Shown: positions 24,404 to 39,263, counted from the first letter of the stretch. The stretch: 64,000 bases of DNA from Bugula neritina (GCA_964035545.1 OZ037769.1:16646633-16710632), one strand, 5' to 3'. Made by a program: numbers and translations. Notes: generated by a model from the sequence alone, not told the origin.

Positions 24404-24850
24404 CCGTTGTTATTCCACATAGACACTTCCCAGTTAGACGCTATTTATTTATTCTAGTACAATGTATAGTTTATGTGCAGTTTATTTGAATATTACTGGA
24501 GTATGTGTATTTAAATAAACTTAGATTAATTGTTTAAGTTATTTAACACATAAATAAACTTCTCTGATCTGCATTACCTTTTTAATTTTGTATTTTCTAT
24601 GTTTCTTGTTGTCTGAAAAAATATTTTGGTAATAAGTATTTATTAAAAGTAATGTATATTAATAATTTATTACTGTTTTTGCCCCACAAAATCCATGAAA
24701 AGTGGGCTATTATTCCAGATACTTTATATTAGCTATATATAGCTATTGGCATATTGGCTATTTAGCAATCAGTACAACAGTTATATACATTTTTATGGTG
24801 CTAAACTAAAAAGTAGCGTCTAACTGAGAAGCGTCTATGTGGGATGAAAC
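24404..24850. mobile_element. MITE with ~35-bp TIRs and ~7-8-bp TSD
   Basis: ccacatagacacttcccagttagacgcta vs tagcgtctaactgagaagcgtctatgtgg, flanked by cccaatt on both sides; absent at the paralogous site ~40226. Confidence 0.75.
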
Positions 24851-27296
24851 CCCAATTTCATAGTTAGTATTATAAATATCATTCTAATTTGAAAAAAGGC
24901 ATAGATGAAACTAATTTAAACTAGTTTGTTCATTACTTGTTCATCATCTTCGCTAGACATTTGATATCTTTTGTTGTGTAACTTTTATACAATGAGATGT
25001 GCATTAAAACTTTAGAGTTGGAGTATCTCATTGTGATATTGTGTTGTATGTAATGAGTGCCGTGTGGTGTAAAGGGGCATTTTGTTATAAGTGGCCACAA
25101 CTTCTATAGTTTTTTCGTAATGTTTATGATAGCTAGCCTTGTTTAGTATATGAAAAGTTGACCTGTTGACAGTTAAAGCTAATTTTTATATAAATCGTCT
25201 ACGTTGTCTATGGCTAAAAGCTGTGCATTTCAACTCTTGCAAATAAATATGCAACCAAGTTAAAAAACTGCTGTAAATTTTTTAAGTAAAATAATGGTGG
25301 GTACATAAGCAACTAATTTATGCTTAGCACATGCTTACATGCGTTCGTCAGTGTGCGTGTAAATATATGCTAGTGATGATAAATATGGTGCCGCACTGCC
25401 ATTACAGTTTGCTGACTGTGCTATGCTATTGCTACTGTTTTGCAATATAGTAACAACAGTGTTTGATTTGCTGCACCTAAACAGTGTCTACCTTCGATGA
25501 AATCACCTAAGTTATATAGCTGTCTATGGTTTATTACAAACCAAGTCAAAAAACTGGCATAGCAATGTAAGCCAAAGCAGATTTCGTAATACTAATAATA
25601 TCCCCATACACTGAAGGCCATTGTAGATGACTATACAGCATGATCAAACTATAAAACTCAACCAAAAATGGGCGTGTACCAACTCTAAAATATCACCATT
25701 ATAATTTATATAAAACTCTACATTTTCCAATGCCTGCAAATGAATTATTAGGCCAATCAAATACAATCATTAGCTGGTCAAGTAGAGTCCAGCCAATCAG
25801 AATTGTATAAAGTTGGTGTGCAGCGTGCTGCTAAAAACAACCAGCCCATTTACCACTATGACAATAAAAATGTCATTAAATGTGTTTTGCCACAACAGCT
25901 GGGGCTGTGGTCAATTTGCACCAGGGTATTTTTTTAAACTTGTACTTTGTATTTGCATTTTTTAAGCACTTGAATTAAACATTTTGAAAAATGAACTCAT
26001 GATTCATAAATTTAAGATATGAAATAAAATAACGCATGTAATAAAAGTTGCACAGCTATTTTCTAAAAGTATGCATTTTGAATTTGAACTTGCAGAAGTT
26101 TATATAAGTTATAATGGTGAGTGTTATAGAATTAGTACAAGGTACTAAATGTACCACATTTACATGGTCTATTGTAAGTATAGTTGTTACCCTTTAATTA
26201 TGGTAATATATATAATATTTCTAATTAAATGATTATTATCACATTTAGCTGCTACATTTAGCCACGCCCATCACTCTGAGTGTAGGTTATGAAATGCAAC
26301 TGTATCAGTGCATGCAGTTCACTCACTAGATTCCAGAAAATCAGTTTTATAACTTGATTAAATCTCTTCAATTAGTTTACTGAGTTTCAACTCCTGACCT
26401 CATAGCCTCAGCACTTTCTGATTACCACGGGTTACTGATTAACCACTCTCTACATACTTCTGTTTAAGGAACTGTCTTAGGATACTAAATGGTACTATAA
26501 TAGTTAGTGTATATAGGTAACAGGAGAGGTCATTGGCAATTCACAGAAATGCTTTGATGTGTTACTAAGTTTTACAATCAATCTACAAACTGTAGACATG
26601 GCTGGGTTAACTTATGTCTTGTCCCTATTAAGTGATACACTATGGTAATTTTATTCTCACGCTCTGTAATCATGTGTTAACATGTAAGTTATATGCCCAT
26701 AGTTTATAGATATTATATAACACAGTTTTTGCCTATTCACGAAATATCTATGGTATACATATTTACAGCTTACATAAAATATATTATTATTTAAAATTAT
26801 TGAGGCATCAGTTTTGCCCATTTATTTAGAATTTACTATTCAACAACTCATTGCTTTGTGCTATTAGGCTACTATACTATGATACTAACCAATGGGACAA
26901 AAAGTCAGATAACTTCTATGTATAACAACCCTTGATTAATTTTAGCGGAGTGCTTTTTCTAATGAATTTGCTCTTTAACTTTCCTTCTGTCTGTAGAACA
27001 TCACAAGGACTGCTAGTAACTGAGTTCTAACCAAATGTAATTATAAAGTCAAACTAGTTATATTTCCAACTTGTTAACTAGTATAAACAATGTGATTTAT
27101 ACTAGAGATTGTAGTAGGCTGACAGGATAAGTCCAAAAGCTAGAAGGAAAGTCATTTTGTATAGAAAACTATTAACGTAGTAAAGGAAGTTATATTCTTC
27201 CAAAATTTTCAACCATCTCACTTCATATAATACTAAAACTAATAAAAGTTAAAGACCTTAAGGGGTGAATACTAACAACTGAGTATTTTGTTGCAG

Positions 27297-30200
27297 GTTA
27301 CTTCCAGGAGCTATAAGAGCTTTTCTATGGCTGCCATGTTTGTTGTATGTGGCAGATGCCCAGTCTAGTGCAGATGACTATTTTATTTGGCTGACAGAGT
27401 TAAGTGAAATTCCAGATATGGGTTCATATCCAACCATTACTGACTCTTTTCCTAATATTTCAGTAGAAGTTGAAATTGAACTTAAGAACTCAAATCGTGA
27501 GGCCTGTGATCCGTTGAAGTTTTACTGTCAGCCGTACAAGTCTGCAAAAACCAATGTTGCCTCTATTTCTGAAGTAGTGGGCTGTTTGCCTCATTCATGT
27601 TGGTACCCAACATGTGCTCACTCGAAACCCAACTCTCTCAGTGCCTATCTGGTGTCTGAGATCCAATATCAAGTTGGCTCTCTAGACGAGGGATACTTAC
27701 CCTTCAACACCTCCCTTCCAGAATGCGGTATCGCTATGACAGGAAGTGATATCAACATCACCGAAGCTACAGGAGAGTGTAACACTGTTTCGTCACCTCA
27801 ACAGATATATACCAGTTTACAGACTCCTTCACAAAACTGGACTTTGATGTTCACAGTTGAGCAGCTTACAGCACTGAATACGTCTGCACCGTGAGTTCTC
27901 TAACATAGACTGAGTAACATAGACTGAGTAACATAGACTAATATTATAGTCTGTTCGTCTGAGTTTGTCTACTAGCTAGCATGTAATTTTTATTATTGTC
28001 CACTCATCAGATTTGAAGTTAAATCACTTTCCGTATATTTTAGAGCTCCATTTCTCAACATTTCTGGGTATGGACCCATTATTGACAGCCCATCATCTGG
28101 AATATTCTGGACTCTTAGTTTCTGGTTTAATGAGAGTGGATACCTGGAAACTAGTAATATAATAGAACGCCAGTTAACAGTCTTTGACCAAAATCCACTG
28201 CTGAGTCAAACTCGACACATAACTTTGCAGGTTGCTGAACTGTATATACTCTGCCACTCTGTTGTGAATGATAATCATTTTACATAATATGCATTATTTA
28301 CTTTACTTTCTATGTATATGAACAGCTTCAGCTTTAATCTAGCTACAAGAGCTATAGAGCGTTTACCTTGAAGTTGTCCTTTTTGTTAAATTTTCAGTTT
28401 GTTGGAGACATAATTCTGGTATTTGTCGATGGTGAAGTGTCTCACCGGTATTGGCAAGGTAAAATCTCTTTCCCATCTGCTTCAGAGTACATTGTCGGGT
28501 TTGGAGGGTCTGACATTACAGGAGAGTTTACCAACATCAAGTTATACAATGCTCAGGCCTCCACTAAGTGAGTGATTCATTTACTGTTTGAATATGTAAG
28601 AAATTTGTTAATTAACTTCTTAAGAACTAAATAATTTGAGCATTTGCATAACTCTTCTCGTATTCAATAATCCAGTTACTTTACTACTTCCGTACATAAC
28701 CTACCCATTCAATTATTTCTATGGTACTTGACTATGCTTTGAATATTATTCCTGTGTCCTGGGTACAGCTCCAGTATCGTTCTATTTGAGCAGTTTAGTA
28801 CTCAAATCTTCCACAAGATTTCACAATTTGAGAAGTAGAAGTTTTTACTTCTCAACTTGTGAAATCTTTAGATCTTATATAACAGAATATGTCAATACAG
28901 TTTTTTTGCATATTTTTAAGCACTCCAGACTTTTAAAAGTAGTAGATTGAGAATTTGAATTTGTTTCTTAAATATTGTAAAGAGTTTGGTGTTGTGTTCC
29001 CACTTGGTTAGTTTTTATATCGAAAGGATAACTCTGTACCTGACCGATACATGATGCAGTCAGCATCATGTCGTTACGATGGCACCACCGTGTACGGCCA
29101 ATGGGATGTAGATAACAATTAGTAGTAGGCGGAGCTGCCAATGTATAGTCGAAGCTTGTTAGACAGCATGGCCGGCAGAGTAAATTGGATCGTAGCAATG
29201 TAAAGTCATGCATAAATCACTCTTTGTTATGTAATCATGTGCGTTAGTTTTAATATCTTTTATTGCTGTAGGCCTATAATTCGTAATAAATAAATTCTAT
29301 TCAATTCGTGATAAATTCCTGGTGAAGTGGCTTTGAATAAGTAGACCCACTAATTACAGTGAATCCTAAATTCACAACAATACTGTGTTTATTCTTAGTA
29401 AATTTTTTAGGCGTGATTGCTGAATCACTCATTGCTGATGACTCACTAATTAGTTGAGTCACTATATGTTTTTTGTTGAGTAACATTTCTGTTCTCTTTC
29501 CAGTGAGATCTACTCCATGTACTCTGGATCTCCACTAGCTCCGTACCAAATTCGACCCGAGTGTGAATGTCCCCGCCATTATTCTGACACATTCAACTTT
29601 ATTGGGGGAGAAGAAAATCAGGTTGACTGTGTTGACCCATACCAGAAATCAACTAGCAGGTTCTTGATTGATGCTGACAGCCACGGGAAACTTTCCATCT
29701 TTAACAGCAATGGCTGGGTGTCAGACCATACTGATGAGGCAGAGATAACTTTTCATTTTAATCAACCAATGTTGGTAGGTCTCAATATAAACTAAATGGT
29801 GAACAAAATACACGATGAATTTTAAAACTTTTTCCTTAAAAACGCAATTAAATTATATAATCTTTCTATAAGACGAAAATTTCCTAAATTTTATGATACT
29901 CACAAGTTTAAGAATTTGAGTATTGTTGATTTGTTAAGCTAAAAAAATTCAATAACTTGCTCAAATATAGCTATACAGTAGTTTTTATATTGGCTTTGAA
30001 ATACATGAAATTTGTACAGCTGTTAGTTGACTAGTTTCTATAGTTATTAGCTACTAGTTAGTAGTTATTATGTAGCTAGTAATAGAAAGTAATAGTTATT
30101 AATTACTATAGCTGTTACTTGATGTTGCTAGAATTGAAAGTTGTTAATTGCTAGCTGATAGACATTAATTGCACGTACATGCACAAGCGTGTTCAGAGTA

Positions 30201-33200
30201 ACTATAACAAGTAACTAAAGCAACACCAACTTTTCTTTTTAAATCTAGAGAATGTATTTCTACTATTTTCTTGCAGATGTATGCTGTGACTGGCTATTTT
30301 CATGGAATGTTAAGTGACGTTCCTTTTATCAAGGGAACTTCTCTGCACTCTGCTAAGATGGAGATTAAAGTGATGAGTACTAACCCGGCTATAGAGGGTG
30401 CTGTTTCTTACGTGAGCGATGACTGTTTAGAAGACTATGGTATAGATCCATACAACTATAACGCTGTGTTTGGGGATGTAGACAGTATATCTCAGAAGAT
30501 AAAGAAACGAGCTGTGGTACAGACAAACATTACACCAAAATGTTTCAGCTGGAATGATGTCCTCGTATATTCTACCAGGTATTTAAAAACTATCACTATT
30601 TGCATGACTCATCATCCTTAATTGATATAAAAGAAACTGAAGAAAGACGATTCTCTTGTAATGAACATTGGTTCCAGTTTGACAATGTCAGACAAAGTTA
30701 TTGGATATTATTAAATATTACCGCACGCTTCGTGGTATGTTTTTGTTGGTTTTACATTCCAATTCTGACACCCACCGAAGTGGGAGAGTACCTAAATGAT
30801 GCGTACAGTGGCACTCAGTTGTACATCCATCTCATTGGACACACGTCTGCTGTAAACGCAGCCAGACGGGAAAACTGGTACTCGATTAGAGACTTCAGAA
30901 TATATGGGAGGTGAGAAGCTCTACTTTTTTATCTCTATTACCAGTACTTTGTCTTGCAAAGCTATTGCTTGTGTAATAACTTGGAATATTTGATGATCTA
31001 ACTAAAGCATGCAGTAGATATTCCTATAGTTTATGTTTATTCATTCTTAGCTTTAAGGGAGATCGCTCTAAATCATTTGTTTCTATTGACTGTCTATAGT
31101 TACACCTTTTCAGCACCTTGTTAGAATTGCCATAAAATACAAATTATAGTTTCAAACTTTTCATGAATTTTATCAAAATAACGTATATAAGCTGATATCC
31201 CTTTTTGATAAGTTGGTGCATGTTATTTCTACTCTACATAGCAGTGATTAAAGCTATGATTTTCACATTAATACAAATGGTAATGTAATAATAATCTATC
31301 TCTAGACCTCATTGCGAAGGAAATCCATTCCAGCTGCTTCCCGGGCCAGCTGTTAACATATCCAACTACTACCAGTTCACGAAGCCAGGATACAAGTTCT
31401 ATGAGTGTACTTGTCCCCAGGGTATCTCAGGAGATCAGTGTGAACAGTGCATCAACTCCCCGGGGGTCTTCCGGTACACCAAGAGACTCGGCGTCTGTGC
31501 AGATTGCGCCTGCAGTGACCTCTCCATAAGTAAACAGTGTGATGCATTCACTGGTCAATGTCCTTGTGAAGGAGCTGTTGATGTTGAGCTCGCTGGACGT
31601 CAATGTGTGAGCTATTAGTGATGGTTTAGCATTTCCTGTACTGGGTTTCTATACACTGAATAAACGAAAAGTAGATTCCTTGAAATAGGAGCTCGGCATG
31701 TTAAAGACTGCTTGACATACTTCACTTATGCAGTACTAAAATATTCATATATGCTAGTTTTCATTTACATACTGTTTTAAAGTTGGATGCCTTAACAATT
31801 TTTGTATAATGAATTTTGTGCAGGTATGTACTGAAATGATTTGGGTTTTTGATCGCATGGAAATGAGATTTTTGGTCGGCTTTGACTTTACTGCTACTTT
31901 AAAATTTATACTAATTATAGCTAACTTTCATTGCATGCTATTGTTAACGGCTGCACTGCACAGCATAATCATCGAGATGGCTTGAAAGTTCAAAATTCAA
32001 ACTTTCAAGCCATTCCAGTAATTATGCTGTGCAGTGCAGCCGTTAACAATAGCATGCAATGAAAGTTAGCTATAATTAGTATAAATTTTAAAGTAGCAGT
32101 AAAGTCAAAGCCGACCACAAATCTCATTTCCATGCGATCAAAAATCCCAAATAATTTCAGTACATACCTGCACAAAATTCATTATAAAACAAAATTGTTT
32201 AGGCACCCAACCTTAAAACAGTATGTAAATGAACACTTACATGTATAAGAATATTTTAGTTCTGTATAAGTGAAGTGTGTCAGGGATTATTTAAAGACAG
32301 CTATCTTTAGACTCTTGACTTGGCTTGTCAGAAAGTTTTACAGTCTACATTCTATATGAGTTATTGATATGGGAAGTAATTGGGAGGAGACGCTGCACCT
32401 AACCTTCAAAATGTACTGTACTGTGAAGACCTGTAACTGTCGCGTAGACTGTAGAAAGATTTGGTTACATAGAAAAGTTTATTTAGAATTTTATCATTGT
32501 ATTATGTTAGATCATCAAATGTTAATGATGTGATAATATTACAATCATTATAACTTCGACTTCAACTTTTGGTGTATTGTACAGAGCTCTGACAAGAAAG
32601 CTGAAAATGCTTGAATTCTTCTTTTAGGTTTTTAATTCTAGACTATTCTGTTTTATTTAGCATTGGTATGTTGATGAGATTGATCCAAAGTACGGGCCGA
32701 AAGCTGGGGGTACTGCAATCACTTTCAGTGGTGGATACTTTGGCAAAGGAGATCTTGTAGTTCAGATCGACGATGTGATACAAAGATTGAATGTTCAGTG
32801 CGTTTGAAATAACATATCTTTTGTCCATTCCATAGACTTTATACGGTACTTTATAAAGCACTATTGACTATATTAAATTGTATTGCACATTATTTGATAT
32901 TAGATGTACTTATTATATTTTATAGAGGTAATGAAGGAACCTTGAACTCTTCTCGATATTTTAGAGTTGTATCACCATCGACCCTAACTGTTGGTTTCAC
33001 TGCTATACTCACAAACTCTAGTTTAGATCTTGGTCCAAATACTCTGTACTATTCTTTTGAGTACAGACCTAACCCTACCATAGAGGACATCTACCCTCGT
33101 ACTACCATTCTCAGGTAGGATCTAATTCTATCACCTTTATATGTGACCATGTATAGCTGCCATATTTACTTTAGAAAGAGAGAAACTTAGATCTGTATAG

Positions 33201-36200
33201 ATATAAGTTAATATTTGAGTTGGTATACCCTGTTCAAGAGGTAGAGATGGTTATAGATGTTCACATCTGTATTTTGCTGCTCTCTTGACAGTGGAGGTAC
33301 AAATCTTACTGTAATTGGAGAACATTTAGATTCTGTTGCTTACCCTGAGATGGTTGTTTACTTGACTCAGAAAGGAGTTCTTATTGGTCAGTTGTTAATG
33401 GTAAATATAGAGCTATACCTTGTTCTGTCATATAAATAGTAGAAGGTTGTGTAATACTGAATACTAGTGGAATACCTTTATCTTGTCTATAACTGAACAT
33501 CTCACCCAATGAAAACAAAGTGTTGTCAAATCTTTTATTTGATTAACCACGAGTTTTATAAACTTTAAGGCAAGCATGTTATTTTTCTCTTCAAACTTTC
33601 TCATCTAGTACATGATTGACTTGTAGCGCTGTGATGTCATAGAAAGTGATGAGATGGTGTGTAGAGTAGTAGATCTGTCTATATCAATACCTTATCTGAA
33701 TGGTGTGAAACAAGGTAACACCTACATTCTTATACTATATGTATCAATATAAGTATACACAGTTATTTGCTATTCTATACGCTAGAAGTATCGTTGTGGG
33801 ACACTAGACACACAAGGTGAATATCATTATCACTTTGAAAATAAGTTGAGTTTGTGATGTCCAGTCTATAACATAGAATATACTTTCTTTTAGCACTTCC
33901 TGCGAACAATGTGTCCCTTCTTGTAAACAACGTGTCACTTCCTGTCAGCTCGTCATCTACTACTTCCTCTCCAACAGGTGAGTCGATACCTTGAGTTAAT
34001 ATTGGTTAGGTGTCTTGCTAATTTAGTCTACATATCCTAACTCTAGTAAGGGAAGCAGACAGTATGTTTCTATAATTAGATAGTTTAAAGTCAATTCAAG
34101 CTAGAAACCCCTCTATGAGGTTAAAATAGCCTTGCATCTTGTAGGACACTTTTTCTATTTGTAGTGCAAATTTTCGCGTGCGAAAATACGCACTGTATGG
34201 CCCTACGCTTAAGCAAGGCATTAGCAAGTTTTTTAATTAATTTATATCGATCTCATGTAATGTGTATTTTTTGTGTAGAATTGGCACTCTCTAATATCCC
34301 TATACTATACTAAATTGAAATTCCTGTACTATGTAAAATAATTGCCTGCTCCACCGGAATTTGAACCACATACCTCCGGCTTGCAAGCAGGTACACTAAC
34401 CAATTACACCAAAGGGGCTGCTGGGTTAACTCAACACTACCTACTACAGCTATATTTTTTCAAAAAATAAATAGTCTGTACCATATTATTATACTTTGTA
34501 GAAATAAACACATTCAATGCTCTCAACGGACAGGAGAATGTGCATTTCTCTTTGGGTTTCATATTTGATGGTCACACATTGTACACAGACTTGAGACAGA
34601 GTACAGATAGTGACCTCAGAGACTTAGCTACTCTTTACGTCTACCAAGATCCTGTAATAGAAGAATTCAAGGAGAGTGGCGGGAATAAAGTTCTGGTGAG
34701 TGTTATTTATAGCAGAGAGGGTAGAACTCTTGTGCTAACTCTGTATTGTTAATTGAATGATTTTCTCCAAACTTCTTACTTGGAAAAACATTTTCATTAT
34801 CTCAAAAATCTATGAGATGACGCTAGGCTTTCAGAATGTGCTACTATGAAAATAGAGTTCGAAGCTGTGATGGAAAACATTGAAAAGAGCATTGTTATAA
34901 ATAAAATCTATATACTAAAAGAAGTTATTCTTTTTTTAAATCTTCAAGCTGCACCCAAACACAAACTGATAAAAGACAGTGAAGAAACTTAGACTATTGA
35001 ATGATTTCTAAGTTGCCTTATCTAAATGAAAACTATAGGAGCTGTTGTGTCGAGTGTCTTGCTTTGCAGAATGCTTATGTCTAAGCTAGGTATAATATGT
35101 TTTTTAATTTAGGGAGCTAATTTAGATTATAGTACATTTATTACTACTGGACGCAGGCTCCTTGTGCTCGTAAGTGCCTCACTGTGCCCCTGTGCACGTA
35201 AGTGCCTCACTAAAACAATCTCCAAATCAAAAGAGTAGTGTTAAATTACCTATGAAAAATGAGGTGAATAGAAAATACTTTAATACAATTAACAATACAA
35301 CAGGAGCTTGACGTGTTTTTCGTGATTTTAAGGGTGGTGTATAAGCAAATAATTGAAACTTCTATGTTTTAGATAAGTTAATATAAGTTAACTTCAATTT
35401 GTTTTGCTGCATAATTGTAATATGGCTGTAACCGTTTAGGAATATCGCGCTGGTGATTTGATACATATAAAAGGGGAAAGATTAGACTACGCTACTACTG
35501 TGTCAGACTACATGGTCATCATAGGGGTAGATGGAGTGTGTGAAGTCACTAGTTTGCTACTAAACCGTCTGAGTTGTAGACCTCCCGAGACCAGCCCTGA
35601 TTATGACCCTAACAACTCTGTAACTTACAAGAACCGTGATATCCCCCATATTGAGGTTAGTTACCAATATCATATCTGGTCAAGAATAACTTATAAACTC
35701 AATTCTAATAGAAATCTGATTTTAATTTATTTAAATATCATTTTACCTCTCGTAACACTTTTTATTTTGAAAGTTTGATTGCACCATATTTTTAAACTTA
35801 ATCGTAGTTATAATCAAATGGAATTCAAGTTACACTTACTCTTAATTTAATAATTCATATAATAAAAACACACATATATTGAACATTACTAAATATACAA
35901 AGTTTGTCCATCAATTATAAGGGTATTTAGTCTTTGTCAGCCGATAATGTAGCTTTTTATCTTTATTTCCTTCAAATGGGTTTGAAAACCTATTTGATGT
36001 GACTATTTGATCTGGATAACTGAAAATGTAGAGTTGTGTATATTTACTAGGTAAAAGTTGGTAACAAGAGAGTCAATGTTGGGTATGTCTTCTATAAGAC
36101 TAACATCTGGCTGAATAACCCTGCCTTTAGGATCTCCATGATTGTGCTGATGGTCGTAGTGGGTGTGGCTCTCATAGCAGTACTAATCTACTGTCTGGTT

Positions 36201-39200
36201 AAGAAGTTCTACCTAAAAGAGAGGTTGGGGGAAACCTTGGACGTTGACGCTAAAAACAGGGGAGGCCATGCTAGATACGTTAAGCAAGGCGAGTAGAGGA
36301 CTTCTGTGTGTAAGTGTAGCTCACAGTATTGAAGGGTAATTTCTACAGAGTGAATTGGTAAATTGCTAACTAATTAAATGTTAAGTAAACTGTATTAAAC
36401 AGTAGTCTGCTTTAATTGACCAATGAATGGGTTGTTTTGATTTTTCCAGACAGTTCAAGCGAAATGGAGACTCTTGTTCCTCTTTTCAACAACCGAGAAC
36501 TTGACGCTGAGATCCAAGCCAAAGTAAATCGCTGTAAAATACCATCTTCAAGGCTGCGTATAGGAAATCAGCTAGGGAAAGGTCATTTTGGACTTGTCTA
36601 TAAAAGTCAATTAACTACACCAGCTGGAAATCTAAGAACTGTAGCTGTTAAAAGTATTAAAGGTTAGTATTTAAGTATTGAGTAATACACACTATTTATT
36701 ACAGATATGATTACATTAGTTGGTTAAAAATTTTCTTTCACTGTGCGTTATTTCATTATACTCTCAAGGGGAGAGAAAAATTAATTGTTCAATATGAAAA
36801 TTTGTAATTTGTTATAATTTGTAGTTTGTGATTATTATATGTAATGCAGTCATTATAGATTTTATAGTTCAGCAATTAGTATATTTCTGTCTTCAACGAC
36901 TTGAGCATGTATTTGGTGAGTGTTGATTTTGATATTAGTATGTGTCTCTCTTATCTAAGCTGCTTCTGTTCACCAGAGGATAAGGAAATGTCATTTGAAG
37001 ATTTGGAGAATTTCCTCTCGGAAGGCGTGTTGATGATTGACTTTAAACATGAGAATGTCCTTTCATTGGTCGGTGTAGTGTATGAGCCAGGTGAACGACC
37101 TTTGGTTGTCCTTCCTTATATGGAGAACGGTGACCTTTGCTCTTTATTGAAGAAAGATGATTTGGTAAGAAAACTGTGTTCTGGTCTATGTGAAGGTGGT
37201 CTGAAAACAAGATATACTGATACAAAAAAGCAAAGCAGTTTCTTGAAAAACTGCTTCGTTAATGCATGATTATCTGTTGTTGAAAAGACAATTCCTGCCC
37301 GCTTACTCTGAATAATCATTTTAAAAGTAAATAAATAGTTAGCTGCCTGATGATGCCATAGGACTGGTAGGTAAAAGAAAACATTTTACATTCTTTATAT
37401 ATGTTAAAGTAGTGTTCTTGTAAATCAATACTTGCAATGCATTATATACCTATAAGAAAGTTGGAGTTATTTTTTGTACATTGGAAAGTTATAATAAAAG
37501 TAATGGTGTTGGGATAGCTTAGTTGGTAGAACACAATAAAGCTAGACATACTTTATTCCACTGTGAAAGTCTAGGCGACCTAGTTAAGATCATCAATATG
37601 TTACTGCCAATAATAATATAATGAATGTATTGTATATAGGTGGTTTCATTTTAGGAAATAGTCATGGCTGACTTGCTTCACTTTGCCTATCAGATAGCTA
37701 ATGGAATGGCTTATTTAGCCAAGGAGAGATTTGTTCATCGGGATTTGGCAGCCAGAAACTGCATGTGAGTTGTTTCTCCTGCTCTTCTTAGTCACTGCTT
37801 TTCTTATTAAATGCTTTGTTATGATTAAATATTTATATTAACTCCTTTGAGACCATCAGTTCCTTCACACTTGAGCGATTAGCTACCCGTCTATTTATAA
37901 AAACTAGTCTTTTTTTTCAATGGATCTTTTCACCATCTCTCCTCCATTCAAACAATGCTGACCTGTTCTAACTGAAAAAATTACTCTTTTCCTTCTGACA
38001 GGCCATAACAAGTTTTTGTATGAATTTAATTGTTTTTCTTTTACTTAAACATAATTAATTCACAAAAACATGTTCTAAAATCTAACTAAATTAAATGAAA
38101 TTTCATTCTACATATATACGCTATTTTCAAAGCCTTAATTCCATGGTAATGTCCAGTTTCCTTTGTATAGGGTTGACGGATCTTACTTTGTGAAGATAGC
38201 AGACTTTGGTATGTCCCGTGATGTCTACTCACAAGATTACTACAGAATGGGAGACATGAACAAACCTCTACCAATAAAATGGATGGCTGTGGAGTCACTG
38301 AAGGAAGGGAAACATACATCAAAGTCTGACGTGGTACAATTTATTTTCTTTTTTTCAAAAGACATATTTGGCATGCGTAATTTGCGCTTGTTGGTTTATA
38401 AATATTTCAATATATGTACGATGTATTCTTATTTAGTGGTCTTTTGGAGTAACTATGTGGGAGTTACTCACCCGTGGTAGTTCACCATATCCAGGCGTAA
38501 GCAACTACCATATTAAAGAATATGTCTCTGCTGGTGAACGATTGGACAAGCCTGAAATATGTCCTCCAATAATGTGAGTTTAGTGATGAGCTACGCGCAA
38601 CACATTTATTCATGCTATAGTCTTATAATACTTTGGGTAACTACTTATTTCTATGTGTAACTCAGTGATGGATTGCAACTTAGTGTTTAATTGTGAGTTA
38701 GTGAATGACTTGTGAATGATTGTGAGTTACTATTTAAGATTTAGTGAATGCAGTCTAGTAGATGTGATTCAGTGACTGTGACTCACTGAGTGACTAGTGA
38801 CTAAGATTCTTGAATGTGATTAATTGACTGTTACTTTGTGATTGACTGTGAGTACGACTCAGTGTGAGTGAGTGGCTGACTTAGTATTGACTATATGATT
38901 TAGTGACTGCTACTTAGTGATTGATTATGACTCAGTATACGACTAGCCATTTCCTGTTGCCTCTGAGTACAATCAAATGACATCATCTACTCTAGATATG
39001 AAATGATGCGCCGATGTTGGGAGACAGATCCTGAAGATAGACCTGCTTTCTCTGAGATTTCCAAGTTTGTTGGTCAACTGCTGAATGGTACGACAACTCC
39101 CAGTGCTGGCTCAGATAATGATGCTGGTTACTCATACGCACGCTCAACTACAAAGGCCATCCCAGATGACTATCTGGAGTCCAATGAATATGCAGACAAC

Positions 39201-39263
39201 TTGGAGCGTGATGACTATTACATAACACCACTCCCCTCCCACACCACGCTCTCAGGACACTGA
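27297..39263 (+). CDS. RTK copy 2: paralog of copy 1; altered or possibly decaying
   Basis: Exons 27297-27890, 28044-28230, 28398-28567, 29504-29774, 30277-30578, (30692 cryptic or ~30734)-30910, 31306-31606, 32661-32797, 32926-33114, 33292-33400, 33627-33714, 33894-33977, 34502-34695, 35440-35655, 36051-36288 (GC donor), 36450-36662, 36977-37164, 37655-37764, 38171-38333, 38437-38573, 38996-39263. Kinase motifs are intact. The exon-6 acceptor is mutated and the C-tail is frameshifted. Confidence 0.8.
28976..29379 (+). mobile_element. Solo LTR in copy 2 intron 3
   Basis: TGTAA...AACA, flanks ATAT/ATAC, homologous to 10579-10992. Confidence 0.75.
31705..32290. mobile_element. Palindromic foldback MITE (TTAA-flanked, Kolobok-like)
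   Basis: About 285-bp near-perfect inverted arms around a ~9-nt spacer (31991-31999); TTAA at 31701-31704 and 32291-32294; absent from copy 1 intron 7. Confidence 0.8.
34343..34418 (-). ncRNA. tRNA-derived (Ala-TGC-like) Pol III cassette within a ~190-bp TG..CA insertion (34256-34448)
   Basis: Minus strand: A-box TGGTGTAATTGG, CCTGCTTGCAAGCCGG, B-box GGTTCAAATTCC, followed by ATTATTTT. Confidence 0.55.

Noticed and set aside
25060-26170. Possible degenerate TIR element upstream of copy 2 (also a ~220-bp insert at ~14822-15040)
   Set aside because: Termini are too degenerate and no TSD could be defined.
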